A DNA stretch of 64,000 nt from the human T2T-CHM13v2.0 reference genome, Homo sapiens (GCF_009914755.1 NC_060928.1), one strand, 5' to 3'; positions 31,556-45,720 are shown, counted from the first letter of the stretch. Translations and numbers: made by a program. The notes: generated by a model not told the origin, from the letters alone.

Positions 31556-33861
31556 TTAAGTGCTGGACAACAGGCTGGAGATCTAAAAGCAACTCAGGAA
31601 TTCTCTCTGGCCTAAAGGTACTCCTGGCTCAAAGTAGAGACAAAGCAGAAGACAGCAAGTACTATCAAGACACATTGAGCCATTGGGTAGCAATTTAAAG
31701 GCAAGGCCAGCAATAAAATAAGATTAAGTGTCCAACAATAAGAAACTGTTTAAAAATAAAATCATCCATAAGAGGGAATTCTATGTACATATTTGTAGAA
31801 TGCCATGTCTTTATTTTAAAATATGAACCAACATATTTTTAAACATAGCACAGGTTGAAAATGGTATATAGAATATGCTGTCTATGTAGATCTATAACAC
31901 AGATAATCTAAATACAGGAAGAAATGAACCAAAACATTAGCAGAGGTTGTCTCTGAGTAGTGAAATTATGCATGGTTTTAGTGGATTTCTTATTTGAGCT
32001 TTTCTAATGTTAATAAATAATATGTTTCATATTTGAAATAAGAGAAAACCCACGAAAGGTCATTTTACCTATATCTACAAAAAGATCTCAGAAATCATGG
32101 AGGAATGCTTGTTATAGTGTCCAGCAAAAAGAAGCAGTAAAGAAACTGTGGAAAGAGTATGCTGTCTACTTTGTATTAAGAAAGGGGAATAAAATCTTAA
32201 CGACCAGAAGACAACCCACTGAAATGTGACGGGTGTTTTCTTAGGGGAGTGATTTTTTATCTCTTATTTTTCTTGCATTTTTTCGTTTTCTGCAGCAGTA
32301 CTGGAAATTAAACATTAAGTGATTAAGCAGAAACAACCTGAACTATAGGAGTAAGGAAAAGGTTACAATGGATGTTTGTGTTTCTGAGAAGAGAAATGAA
32401 CCACCCAAGGGTGGAGAATATTTTTGCCTTGACTCCCACAAAAAGTGAATTTTTGCACCCCCACAAAAAGTTAAATGCCCTCCCTATTGCAAGAAAACAC
32501 CAAAAATGCTATTTTTAAATGATCTTGGCAAAGTCGAGTGGCTTAAGAATGCACAGGTACAGAACAAGTCAGGCAGGGCAGAGAGACAGCTGTATAAACA
32601 GTCATTGGTATTCAACAGCCAAGGGAAGAAGGTGCATTTAGAAAAGTATGGTAAATGAATCCATGCCTTCCAAATAAAACATTGGTTAAAACTTAGCAGT
32701 TGAGACCAGCCTGCGCAACGAAGCAAGTTCCCTGTCTCTAAAAATAAATAAATAAATAAATAAACCTTAGTACTTAAAGATTGTATGTTTAACAAACCTA
32801 AACTCAAAGTCTAAGAACTTTCTGGAATCAGTATTTAAAACCGATATTAGGCAAAGACATCCTAATGATACATGGCCTGAGACAAAGTGGGATCTGCCAG
32901 CATGTCCCCCAAACTGGCAATCCAGGCTGTCCTAGAACCAGTTTTTGGAGGGGTTGTTTGTTCCTTGGTGAGGGGCAAGTGGAGACGGTGCATCTTTTAA
33001 ACATTAACAATTTTCAACAAAATTTTTGTCAGCTTCATAACGTCCTTAAATTAAAGAACCACTTCAGGGATAGTTATAGTTGCTTTACTTAGGTGGACTT
33101 TGCCTCACAATTATTGCCCAAATTCTAATGCCAAAGTGAGCAAAGCCAAATAATGATAAGAGCTACCATCTATTAAGTTTTTACTTTGTGCCAATCCCTC
33201 TACACACAAGATCTCATTTTATTCCCAAAGCAATTCAATGAGGAAGGTAAAATTATAACTCTTGTTTTATAAACTGAGGCTTTAAAGATTATATAATTTT
33301 CTCAAAGTTACTCAACTAATAAGTGAGAAAACTAGAACTTTAATCCAAATCTCTGTGAGGCCAACACCCACATTTAACCACAAAACTATGCTATCAGACA
33401 TTTTTAAAAATCTTTAACGCCCTACAGGATTTAGTTTTAAAATTACTTCTGTCTGAATATACTATGTTTAATGTGATTTATTTCTATCATTGGGAAAAAT
33501 TTTAAATCAATACAGAAAAATGTGATCTATCACACTATGGGCATATATTAATGTTTAAGGCACATTCTAAGCACTTTAAAAAATTAGCTCATTTAATCAT
33601 CACAATAATCATAAAATCCTACTGTTATCCCTATTTACAGATGAGAAAACTGAGGCCACAGAAGTTAAATAACATCGAAATTGTTTAGAAAAAGGCAGAG
33701 TCAGGATTTGACTCTAGGTCTATTTGATTCCAGAGTTTATGCTCTTAAATATTCTATAGCTGTATTTATATAGCAATATAGATATAAACAAGGATGTAAG
33801 CAAAGATAATACCCACTGAATGAGTTGTGAAAATGTTTTCTCACCCCACTATTAAATTAAC

Positions 33862-34398
33862 TTACTGGGTATATACCCAAAGGACTATAAATCATGCTGC
33901 TATAAAGACACATGCACACGTATGTTTATTGCAGCACTATTCACAATAGCAAAGACTTGGAACCAATCCAAATGTCCAACAATGCTAGACTGGATTAAGA
34001 AAATGTGGCACATATACACCATGGAATATTATGCAGCCATAAAAAATGATGAGTTCATGTCCTTTGTAGGGACATGGATGAAATTGGAAATCGTCATTCT
34101 CAGCAAACTATCGCAAGAACAAAAAACCAAACACCACATATTCTCACTCATAGGTGGGAAATGAACAATGAGAACACATGGACACAGGAAGGGGAACATC
34201 ACACTCTGGGGACTGTTGTGGGGTGGGGGTAGGGGGGAGGGATAGCTTTAGGAGATATACCTAATGCTAAATGACGAGTTGATGGGTGCAGCGCACCAGC
34301 ATGGCACATGTATACATATGTAACTAACCTGCACATTGTGCACATGTACCCTAAAACTTAAAGTATAATAATAATAAAATAATAAAATAAAATAAAAT
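33862..34398 (+). mobile_element. 5'-truncated L1PA3/4-type element
   Basis: ORF2 C-terminus [15 protein letters not shown]..., 3'UTR and (AATAA)n tail; candidate TSD aaatgtttt. Confidence 0.9.
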
Positions 34399-35002
34399 AA
34401 ATGTTTTATAGGGAACACGTCAATGGTTCACTAATATCCATCCATCTTTCCAAGACATAATATAGGTGGAAGGCCCATGCACAAGGAACTGTTGTGTTTC
34501 TGTGGCTTTTTTTTCATTAGTTTACTCAAGCTCGAATCATTAGCAGTATACTAATAAACACATGGTGGACATTTCTTTGGATCAATAGATGTGGATCTAA
34601 CATTCTTTCTAAATTGCTGCGTAACATGCCGTAGTATAGATGTTACACACATATTTTTATATAATGGCATTTTTATGTCTAGAAGATCAATTTCCAGAAG
34701 TGGAAATTTACAGCATACTATCACCAAATCCCAATACATGAACTTTGGGTACACATTCAAACAATAGCTGACTTCCTGAGTGAATTTTCTCTCAAAAAAC
34801 TGTGTTCATCTATTCATCCCACTAAAAACTTTTGTTTTTTTTGGCCTTGCATTGTAGATGTTGACAGAAAGATAAAAAATTTTAAAATAAATGAAAATAA
34901 GAAATCCCATGTTTCACTTTATTAAAGTGAAAAAACAAAATTACATCAACCTTAGGGAGTCATTTCAGATAGCAAGAGATCCCTCAGTAGGAAAAAAGCC
35001 CC

Positions 35003-35135
35003 AGCGGGGCATGGCAGCGCGCACCTGGAATCCCAGCTACTCAGGCTGAAGCAGGAGGATCTCTTGAGCTCAGGAGTTCAAGACCAGCTTGGGAAGCATA
35101 GGAAGATCTAAAAAGAAGTCTCTAAAAACAAAATA
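35003..35135 (+). mobile_element. FLAM-like Alu monomer
   Basis: Single monomer with aggaggatctcttgagctcaggagttcaagaccagc. Confidence 0.7.
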
Positions 35136-35785
35136 AAGGAAAAAGCCCTGAGCCACACCACAGGAGCTAATGAGCTCTGAGAAACAGAAATCTGCTCACT
35201 CAGATCTTTCTACACTTGTGTAAGCATTTTGGAGGTCTAGGCCAAACATCAATGGTTCTGTCTCTTCAGCTTCCTGCACGTGCCATGAAAACTTCTTCAA
35301 ATTACTCTTTAAATTTCTGTTATTTTGGGAGCTCTATCACACCATGAGAAGTCTTAAGCCTCTGTGATTAAAAATAAATAAAAATTGTAACACCATAATA
35401 TTTTAAAGCTAAAAGCAAATTTAAACTGTCATCTCTATACCATTTCACCCATCAGAATATCAAAACTCTGAAATACGAATAATACACACTTCTGGCAAAG
35501 ATGCAGGGAAATGCACACTCAGATGTTACTGGCAGGAATGTAAATTGTTGCACCATTTTGAAAATGAATCTGGTGATATCTTTTAAAATTAAAAATACCC
35601 ATTCTCTTTCATCCAGCATTTCCACTTCTGGAAATTGATCTTCTAGACATGAAAATGCTATTATGTAAGAATATACGTGTGACTATGGCATGTTAAGCAG
35701 CAATTTAGAAAGAATGTTAGATTCACATCCATTGAGCCAAAGAAATGTTCACAATGTATTTATTAGGTGAGAAAAACTAGATATA

Positions 35786-36255
<470 letters not shown>

Positions 36256-37963
36256 TTACTGTGAAAATTAAATGAATGAATACTTTTAAAGGGCTTAGGA
36301 AAAAGCCTGGCACACAGTAGTACTAAATGGGTATTATTGTTTTAAAATTCTATCTATAATATTTTTGCAAAGGTACACATATTAAATATGCATAGAGCAA
36401 TAAATGATAGAAGATATCATCAGCACATAAAACATTGCTTTGATTCGATGATGGTATTCTCAGCCACCCTTGAATGGCAATTTTTTTTAATGTTGCTTTT
36501 GCTATAAATTAATGTTGGGCTGGGGTGGGTAATTTCATCTCTAAGCCTCCTCCGCTGAAGGCAGGACTACATCTCCCCTATGAAGGTGAAGGGTATGTTT
36601 TCCTGTCCTACGTTTTGAAAACATTTATGCTTATCAGCATCAAATAACTGCCTTTTGTATTGAATTCAAAAGTGTAATTCACCTTAGAATGCTTCCATTC
36701 GACTGTAGTGACCATGAATTTAGAATCTAACACGAAGATACATTATATGACTAAGGATTTTTGAAAACTTGCAAAAACGGCATAAAAGTTAAAACACACT
36801 TATTCATACATGTGATAAATAAATGACTTTTATTGAAAAGAAAAACTTAACAGGACTGTGCCAGACAGCCGGGATGAAGAATGACCATCTGGGCAAATCC
36901 TCCTTGGAACGCAGATCCTCTTGTTACGGTCTCAGTGGAGGAAGTCAGTACCATCTCTTTCATAAATCTCAATCTATTTGAGGACATCCTTCAACTTTAT
37001 CTTTAGAGAGAATGGCCACATTCTGCTGGCTGTGACCCAGTCTCTCCAGAGCCCAGCCGTGGACATAAAATTTGGAAAAGGGCCTGGCGAATGCCACGTC
37101 TAGAGAAGGATCATTTCCTGGGGCTTTTGGGTTATGTTCCTATTAATATAAATCATCGTCTCCATTTCAGAAGAAGAACCAAAACACATCTGATCTGCTC
37201 TTAAAGGAAACTCAATTGTGACAAGCAGAGGAAACTAAAGAGGTAAGAGTATTTCCTTGCTAGTGGTAGAATTGGCTCTAGAACCAGAAAGGTTAAATTA
37301 TAAATCTTTGGCAAAACACAGCTTTCTTTACGTCATTTTCCTCTGGGACTAGATGAGAAACAGCTGGGTATTTGGCTAGAGAAACCGCTGGAAAAACTCA
37401 CGTTGGTTAACAACACTTCTCCCAGACCTTCACATGGTGATTGCAGTTCATCTCAGCTCTAATGCCACCTCCTCAGAGTCTCTTTCTCTGACACTCAACC
37501 CCATGCCCTCTTCTTAAACATATCACCCTCTTCCTTTAGGGCACTTATCACAATCGGGAATGATCTTATTTATTTGTTAATAGTCTCTCTTCTCACAAAA
37601 CATAAGCAGGATGAGAGCAGAGCCCTTGTCTGGCACCCTCGCTGTTGTGTCCTGGTCCTAGACCAGTGGTGGCACAGAGTAGGTGCCCAACACATATTTG
37701 CTGAATGAATGTAACATGACTGCATGATCATGTGCTTTTCTACTTCTTTCTTCCAGTGTTTCTTTAATGAGCATGGATGTAGTGTGCGATAATCATTACA
37801 GTTTTTCTTTGAAAAAAAAAACATCAGCCAAGCTGATTTCAAACTCCACTTGAAATACCTAGAAAACCTAGTTAGTGTAGGTTCCCATGGGTCCTGAAAG
37901 GCCAGGATTTTTGCCTTACTCATTTTCATATCCCTGGCATCCAACACAGAGCTTGGCACATCA

Positions 37964-38297
<334 letters not shown>

Positions 38298-38747
38298 AAC
38301 AAATGGATGGGTCTATAGCAACATGTGCCTGTGCTATGCTAATCACTTTATTTTTCATGACCTATCTCATTTAATCACCACAACAATCCTATGACGTTGG
38401 ATTGTAATCCACATTTTACAGATGAAAAAAAAGGAGGCTTTTAACTTCCTTAAGTTAAAAAAAAAAACAGCAACAACAAAAACTTTCCAGTAAGAGACAG
38501 AGATAGTATTTGGATGCAGGTCTGTCAGACTCAAAGTCACCTAATTGCTGCATCTTATGGTCTTTCTAACTTCCATAAGACAAAGTCACTCAGCAAAAGT
38601 TTTTTTTTTTTTTTTTTAAGGGTGGAGGCAGTGAAACCAATGATGCCCCCATGCTAAAGTCTGCATACTCTGATTGTAGCTAGATAACTGTTATCCAGAA
38701 CAGGGCAAAGCACAGTGCAGGTGTTCAATAAATAACTGTTGGTTCGA

Positions 38748-39240
38748 AGAAAGGAAGGAGGAGAAGGAAGGAAGGAAGGGAGAAAAGGAAGGAGGGAGTA
38801 AGAGGGAAGGAAGGAAGAAGGGAGGGAGGGAGGGAGGGAGGGGGAAGGGAAGGGGAGGGGAGAAAGGGAAGGGAAGGGAATGGGAGGGGAGAAAGGGAAG
38901 GGAAGGGAATGGGAGGGGAGGAGAGAAGAAGGGAGGGTAGGGAAGACAATGGCAGAGAGAGAGGGAAGGACAAAGGGAAGGAAGGAAGAAGGAAGGAAGG
39001 GGAAGGGAAGGTAAAAGGGAAGGAAGGAGGAAGGCAGGAAGGAAGAAGGGAAGGGAAAGGAAAAGAAAGAAGGGAGGGAGGGAGGAAGGAAGGGAGGGAG
39101 GGACAAAGGGAAGGGAAGGGAGGGAGGGGTTGAGGGAGGGAGGGGAAAGGAAGGGAGGAAAGAAGGAAGGAGAAGGGAGATAAAGAGGAAGGGAGGGAGG
39201 GAGGGAGGGACGGAGAGAGGGAGGGGATAGTAAAGGAGGG
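38748..39240 (+). repeat. About 490-bp homopurine (GGAA/GGGA/GGGAA) low-complexity tract
   Basis: Almost exclusively A/G on the + strand. Confidence 0.95.
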
Positions 39241-40028
39241 CTTCTCTGAAGATCGTCAGAGAAAGACCAAGAGTCTTTGGCCAATGAGAGAATCAGCTTC
39301 CTGCTCTGTGACTGATGCTGCTGACATCCAGGGAGCCCCAAATGCCTTCCTTGACAGGGGGTACTTCTGCAACACCTGCCCCAGTTCTAGGCACATCAGC
39401 ATCTCCAGCTTGCATTAGTGGTCACTGGGCCCTGGCTGGATTGACACTATGACCTACTGGAGAGGGAAGAAACAGAAACACCAGAGTCTTGAGTGAAAAC
39501 TCCCTGTCTCCCTCCCACCTCTGGTTCCTCGGCCACACTGAGAAATATACTTTAAGATCAGACTCCAAAGCCCACGACTGACTTTACTTGGAGTGGAGAT
39601 GGGATCAGTGTGTGTGTGTGGCATGCGGGCGGGCGGGAGGTGGTTAATAAACTTCTTTCTTTGATGATTGTGAAGACACAGGCTCTCTCTCCTTAGCAAG
39701 GGCTTCTCATTTGAAGCAGCGCGTGATAACTCATTGTGTGACCGCCTGTTTTCTCTGCAGATCTGAGCTGAAAAGGATCATACCAGATTTATTTCATTGC
39801 TGTAGAGCCAGTCCCACCACACTGCCTGGGCACATAGAAGGCATGTTTTGTTAATTTATGCAGTCAATACAAACTAATTGATTGCAGATCTTCAATCCTT
39901 TGTAATTCCAAACTCCCAAAATGCTCTGAAAACCAAAAGATTTTCTGTAAGCTGGCAGCAAGCTCATTGAACTCACCGGAACGGATGCATGGCAGTCCCC
40001 AGTCTTTATGATCTGCCTTAATTGTGAC

Positions 40029-40698
40029 TACAGTCTTCTCCCCTCATCCATAGTTTCTTTTTCCGAGGCTTCTGTTACCAATGGTCAACAACAGTCCAAA
40101 AATATTAAATGGAAAAATCCAGAACTAAAAAATTTATGTTTTTAATTGCTTGCCATTCTGAGAGAAGTGTGATGAAATCTCACGCTGTCCCAGTCTGTTC
40201 CACCTGGGAAATGAATCATCCTTTTGTTTAGTATATCCATGTTGTATGTGCTGCCTTCCCCATACAGTGTGGTTATATAAGAAAAAACACAATGAGGCCA
40301 GGTGTAGTGGGTCACACCTGTAATCCAGCACTTTGGGAGGCCAAGGCAGGAAGACTGCTTAAGTCCAGAAATTCAAGACCAGCCTAGGCAACATATGAAG
40401 ATCCTGTCTCTACAAAAAATTAACAAAATTAGCCTGATGTGGCAGTACACACCTGTAGTCTCAGCTACTCAGAAGGCTGAAGTAGGAGGATCGCTTGAGT
40501 CCGGGAGGTTGAGGCTACAATGAGTTGCGATAGTGCCACTGTACTCCAACCTGGGTAACAGAGCGAGACTCTATCTTAAACAGAAGGAGGGAAGGAAGGA
40601 AGAAAGGAAGGAGGGAGGGAAGGAGGGGGGGGAAGGGAGGGGAGGGGAGAGAGAGAGAAAGAGAGAAAGAAAGAAAAAAGAAAAGAAAGAAAGGAAAG

Positions 40699-40749
<51 letters not shown>

Positions 40750-40883
40750 AAAAAGAAAAAGAAAGAAAGGAAAGAAAGAGGGAGAAAGAAAGAGTTTACA
40801 TAGGGTTTGGTCTTGCCCAAGCTTGCAGGCATCCACTGGTGGTCTTGGACTGGATCCCCCATGGATAAGAGGGCACTACTGTA
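40029..40883 (+). mobile_element. MER44/Tigger-type DNA transposon split by an AluJ (40296-40580) with purine tail to about 40793
   Basis: TA-flanked terminal inverted repeats tacagtc..cccctcatccat / atggataagaggg..actgta, with an Alu dimer inside. Confidence 0.75.
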
Positions 40884-42137
40884 TTGATACATTTTGCATG
40901 TTTCACAGCAGAAAAGCAAATGTGTTTGATTATGGGATGCAGCCCCAAACTCTGTGGGGGTGTTATATAACTTAGTGATACTCACCATTTGAGATTCCTA
41001 AATTCTGAATTGTCAAAACACTTGGCCCCGATGGGCTTCAGATAAGGTGTTTGGGATGTGTATCTGTTTGTATCAGGCATTGAGGTGCTGAGAATACTGT
41101 AGTTGAATAAAACCATCAAGGCCTTTACTGTCTTGGAATTGACTTTTCAGCTAACAAGACAATAACAAGGAAGCAAATACGATAATTTCTGAAAGAGATA
41201 AGTGTTCTGAAGAAATGAAATCAGGAGAATGGAATAGAGATATGATGGATATTAGAGAAATCCTTGCTAAGAAGACATAAATAAAGAAAACGTAACAACC
41301 TGGTGAAGAGATTATTTCAAGGCACTTTCACTCATTCATTCATGCCCATTCCATTCCTACCTCAGGACCTTTATACCTGCTGTCTCTTTTACCTGGAAGA
41401 AGCAAATTATGTAACCTTCTCAAAACTCATTTTGCTTAAGATTGCTCATGTCTGTAAAGTGTCAGGGCTGGAACAAAAATCAAAGCTCTATGACACAAAG
41501 CTAGATTTGTGGGGTCATGAGGGAAACACCCACCTTAAGAGCAGGTTTGGAGGATTAGATAGAAGTTCTCTATGAACTTGACCACAATAGCTGATATCAC
41601 AGCACAGTTTCTCCTCTCTCAGTAATAAAGACTCAGATCAAGGCAGCATCTCTCTGAGCAAGGAATGAGGATCCTTCTATAGAAAAGCTGGGACCTGGCT
41701 AGTGTGTCTACTGAACTGCTCTTTCAAAGTTCTGCACTCCCTCCACACGGGGCTTGAGTTTCCATAGACAAAAAAACATAACATGGTCACCAAAGAGAAC
41801 CTTCAGCATTGTTTCTCCAGCAACTGAGACTCCAGTGAAAAGTACACCTTCCTGGGAACCAGCACCCAACCTATCCTGGACCAGGTCTCCCAGCCAATGG
41901 TGCTGCTCGTGAGTGTCCAGTCCTCAATTGTTTTGTTATTATTGTTGCTATTGTTGTTGGGTTTCCCTTGGTCTTCTTATTTAAGAGAAGGTAGAGGCTG
42001 CTCTAGGGGCAATGCTTATGCCTGGAACGAATGAGCCTTTATTGTGGACAAGCTCTGTGAGTGAAGGCCCTCCTTGAGTCTGGTGATAAAAATAGGCTAT
42101 GGCCAGGCAGGATACAGAAGAGCATGACCAATCACCA

Positions 42138-42168
42138 AATAAAGGTTTATTGGCTTATACATTTTATT
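42138..42168 (-). terminator. Polyadenylation signal cluster (two minus-strand AATAAA, one plus-strand AATAAA)
   Basis: Sequence aataaaggtttattggcttatacattttatt, about 330-350 nt downstream of the exon L stop on the minus strand. Confidence 0.45.
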
Positions 42169-42497
42169 GTACCGTGACATCCCTCCTTTCAGCTTTAGAT
42201 GTCAGCAGCTGGTGGCAAGCTTAATGACTGATGCATAGGGGAACAGCCATGGACACCACAGTTTGGCTCCCCCTAAAACAGTGATGCTTCATCCTTACTT
42301 GGCCAGCTTCTGGAATCCTAGTGAACACACTACAGAACATCAGGTTTGCCTGGGCAGTAACATCCAAGGGGAGCTTCCAGGTTCCTCTTGGCTGAGCAAG
42401 ACTATTTTTTTCCTTATTTCAAAGAGCTGTTGTTCTGACTAAAGGAAGAGAGGATGTATATGGTAATGAGAACTGTATACATTTCTCCTAAAGTCTC

Positions 42498-42620
42498 CTA
42501 CTTTATCTTCTTTAATTCTGCATCTGACTCTGCCTGGGTAGAAATCGTATTCAAAATTATCCCAGCCTCTTCAATCTCCTTAATAAGATCTCTCAAAATG
42601 GAACACACTGTCTCGCGTGC
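42498..42620 (-). pseudogene. Putative last (or penultimate) coding exon L of ghost gene
   Basis: Acceptor catcccttatag, phase 0. Reads ARETVCSILRDLIKEIEEAGIILNTISTQAESDAELKKIK then TAG, which overlaps a possible donor aa|gtagga. Confidence 0.6.
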
Positions 42621-42958
42621 CTATAAGGGATGTGCAATGCCTCTTTTGTGCTTTTGTTCACTCTTATCTGATGTTCTAACACATTTTCACTTTGAGGAGT
42701 TTGGAAATGTATCTGCATAGTCATTGCCGTTTAAGTACTCCACTGATTACAAAATGCTTTCATACACATTGTCTTGAGGAAATGCTCTGAAAAATAAACT
42801 GCTAACACTCTGGTAAAGAGCCTTCTGCAGTTAGCAAAATAGTCACCAGGACCTTCTTTTTAAATGACTACACTTTCCACACTTTTTCTATCTTTGTTGA
42901 CTTAAGTTCAAAGTCAAACTAGAAAATCTGTTTTGTCAGATGGAAGTTTGCTACTCAC

Positions 42959-43491
42959 CGTTCTGAGAGGCTCCATGCACAGCTCATTGTGTTACCCCAC
43001 TGCACAGAATCTACTCTTCTAGAGAGACACTGGCAGCTTTGTGCTTTGCATTTATTTATTCAATGCTGCAGTGGCTTAAGCCAGTTTATGGAAAATATCT
43101 CTAAACACTGAGACCTCAGGGCTAGGAGGAATTCCTAGACGAGCTCTAAATCAGTAGTTATGTTTGGCAGATTCTATATTCCCACGGAAAGGCCAACTAA
43201 ACAGTCATTACGCTTTATAGGCGTGCCTGTGTGTCCTTCGTTATTTTGGAAGTATCAAGCAGGGCCTAGAAGCATGGTATAGTTAGTGCCAGCACATAGT
43301 GGTGGCCTGCAGTCCAACCATGCTGATTGATTTGATGTTTAGGGAGGCAGTTTCAGAGGAAATACGGTAACTCGCTTGTCTATCACCGTGCTTCCTGGAT
43401 GAGCCCCAGAAATGCAGCGTTTGGGATACCATTAGCAAGCGTGTGGCAGCCTTGCCCTGCTGAGACTGCTGGTGATTGAAAAGTGCTCAAA
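42959..43491 (-). pseudogene. Putative exon K of ghost gene
   Basis: Very strong acceptor (long pyrimidine tract ending gaccacag) and donor acg|gtgagt; 533 nt gives net phase 1 to 0, matching both neighbours. Many stops; ends ...ARLGIPPSPEVSVFRDIFHKLA*...HNELCMEPLRT. Confidence 0.55.
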
Positions 43492-44426
43492 CTGTGGTCA
43501 GAGAAGAAGTGTGCAGATGAAAAGAAGGGAGATAAGTCTTCGATCACGACGCCTGCCCTTCTTCACCTAAATATCCCCCAGGACAGTTTGCCAAACACCA
43601 GCCTGTTGCTCAAATGAGAGAAAATAAGCCTTTAGTTTCTGTTTCCACTCTGCTTCATAAATTAACACCATCAACTGACTTTTCCCCGGCCTTTCTCCCA
43701 CAGCTTATCTTTACTGCCAATAATCCTACCCATGAGAAAGATCTTTGACAAGTCAAGTACTACATAAATTCAAGAAATTCATATGTGGTATTTCATGCAC
43801 ATTTCAAATAAAGAAACTTACAAGGATACCGTTTAAAAAAAAAAAAGAACATCCCCATAGTTTTGAAGCAAATGTGCATTTTCTCGTTAGTAAAGAGACG
43901 TTTCCTTCCCTCTAACTTCCCAGTGTTGGACAAAGGACTAAAATTTCATGTTATAAGGAAAGCATGTAAACTCCGCACTGCTTTTCTCTGAAATAGCAGT
44001 CATTTCAATGATGTGCTCTATCATCAATCCCCGGAGACTGTAGGCTTTTCTGTAACTGGTTCCTTTTCGTTTTCCTCATTGGATAATAATTTTTCAGAAT
44101 AAAATCTTTTGGTATCAGTATTTTCAAAATATTTCAAGACACCAGCCATTCTTAATCAGGCCACTGTGGAGCTCTATGCAATTAAGTTGCTAAAGTTAGG
44201 ACTGAGCCCTTAGTTTCAGATTTCAGCTCCATATATCTGAATGGAAGCTCTTGAATGGATGAGCATTCTGACTACTGCCTGGCTAATAATTTTCCACTTG
44301 CATTTGGCCGATCCTACACACATGAGCATAAGCCAGTGTAAATGCTCCATCAGAGGCTCTTAGCAGGAAGAAAACAACTAAACAGATTCATTTCTTGACT
44401 TTCTTCTTTGATAGATATTTTCTTAC

Positions 44427-44685
44427 TCTTAAATATACTTTACTCCTGATAATTTAGAGATCTATCGTTGGTGAGAGGATATCATGAATTATGAGTCCTT
44501 GCATTCTTTTTATAAAGGTAATATCCCCGGTTTGATGAGACAGAAATTTGCAATAGCATCTTTGCAGGGCTTTTCAAAGAGTAGTGGGAATGGAAAAGTT
44601 CCCTGGGACCCATTTCCTGACTGTTCCATTCGTGCTGATCACGACTTTAACCATGTTTTTCAAGCTGCCAATCAAAGCACACGTT
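44427..44685 (-). pseudogene. Putative exon J of ghost gene
   Basis: Acceptor aattgtattttatag, donor aga|gtaaga; 259 nt, phase 0 to 1; 86 codons with 3 stops, starting NVCFDWQLEKHG*SRDQHEWNSQEMGPRELFHSHYSLKSPAKMLLQ. Confidence 0.5.
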
Positions 44686-45177
44686 CTATAAAATACAATT
44701 CCCTGGTAGGCACAGTGGAGCTAAATATTTGTCCCTAGAACTGTCCTGGGAGAGAAAGGACATAAAGTTGCTGCCACTAGGTTAAAATTTAAGAACAAAA
44801 TTATAGGAAGCAGACTCCAAACTATTTTCTTAAATTAATTCTTCCTTTTCCAACCAGAACACAATCTCCCCTATTGTCATGTACGCCCTGATGCCTAGTT
44901 GGGTACACAGCAAATGTACACACATATCTGATGATTTACTGATGGACTGAATCCTCACAAATATTACATTTAAAGCTTTCAGATCAAATTAAATAATTTG
45001 CATTTGGGCAAACAGCCAACAGCACTCTAAACTGTACTCCTAACTAACGTTATTCCCTCCTCTACCTCTTCATCCCTGGTGTTCTCTGCAGACCTTCCAA
45101 ATACAAACTCACTTTCACAAGAAAAAAAATAACTGCAAAGTATGATTCAGGTCAGCCAAGAAAGGAGGTCATATTAA

Positions 45178-45457
45178 TTTTATTTTTCTTGCTCTGTTTC
45201 CCAGGCTGGCATGCAGTGGCATGATCTCGGCTCACCGCAACCTCTGCCTCCCAGGTGCAACTGATTATCCTGCCTCAGCCTCCTGAGTAGCTGGATTACA
45301 GGTACCTGCCACTACGACTGGCTAATTTTTGTAGTTTTAGTAAAGATGGGGTTTCACCATGTTGGCCAGGCTGGTCTCAAACTCCTGACCATAGATGATC
45401 CACTGCCTTGTCCTCCCAAAGTGCTGGGATTACAGGCATGAGCCACTGCACCCAGCC
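45178..45457 (-). mobile_element. AluS-type, antisense
   Basis: Reverse-complement Alu dimer. Confidence 0.88.
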
Positions 45458-45720
45458 CATATTAATTTTTAATTTCTGTTTATGCCTATGAAAAATGTAT
45501 AAGTTGTTCTACAAACAGAAATGCACTTCTCTTGCTAGGGTTGCCTCAATAAATTTAAGCAACGTGGCACTATATTTCCTTTATAAAGCTCCTTCCTACA
45601 TATCTCACACAACACACAAGAAAGTCATAACCAAATTATTTAAGAAGAATTTCTCAAAACACTAAGACAAAAGCCGTCTCTTCTAAATGAGTAACGTGGA
45701 AGGTAATCTTGTTCCCTTAC

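Noticed and set aside
42454-44738. Plus-strand ORFs 42454-42720 and 44484-44738
   Set aside because: No plus-strand splice context; better explained as antisense shadows of minus-strand fossil exons.
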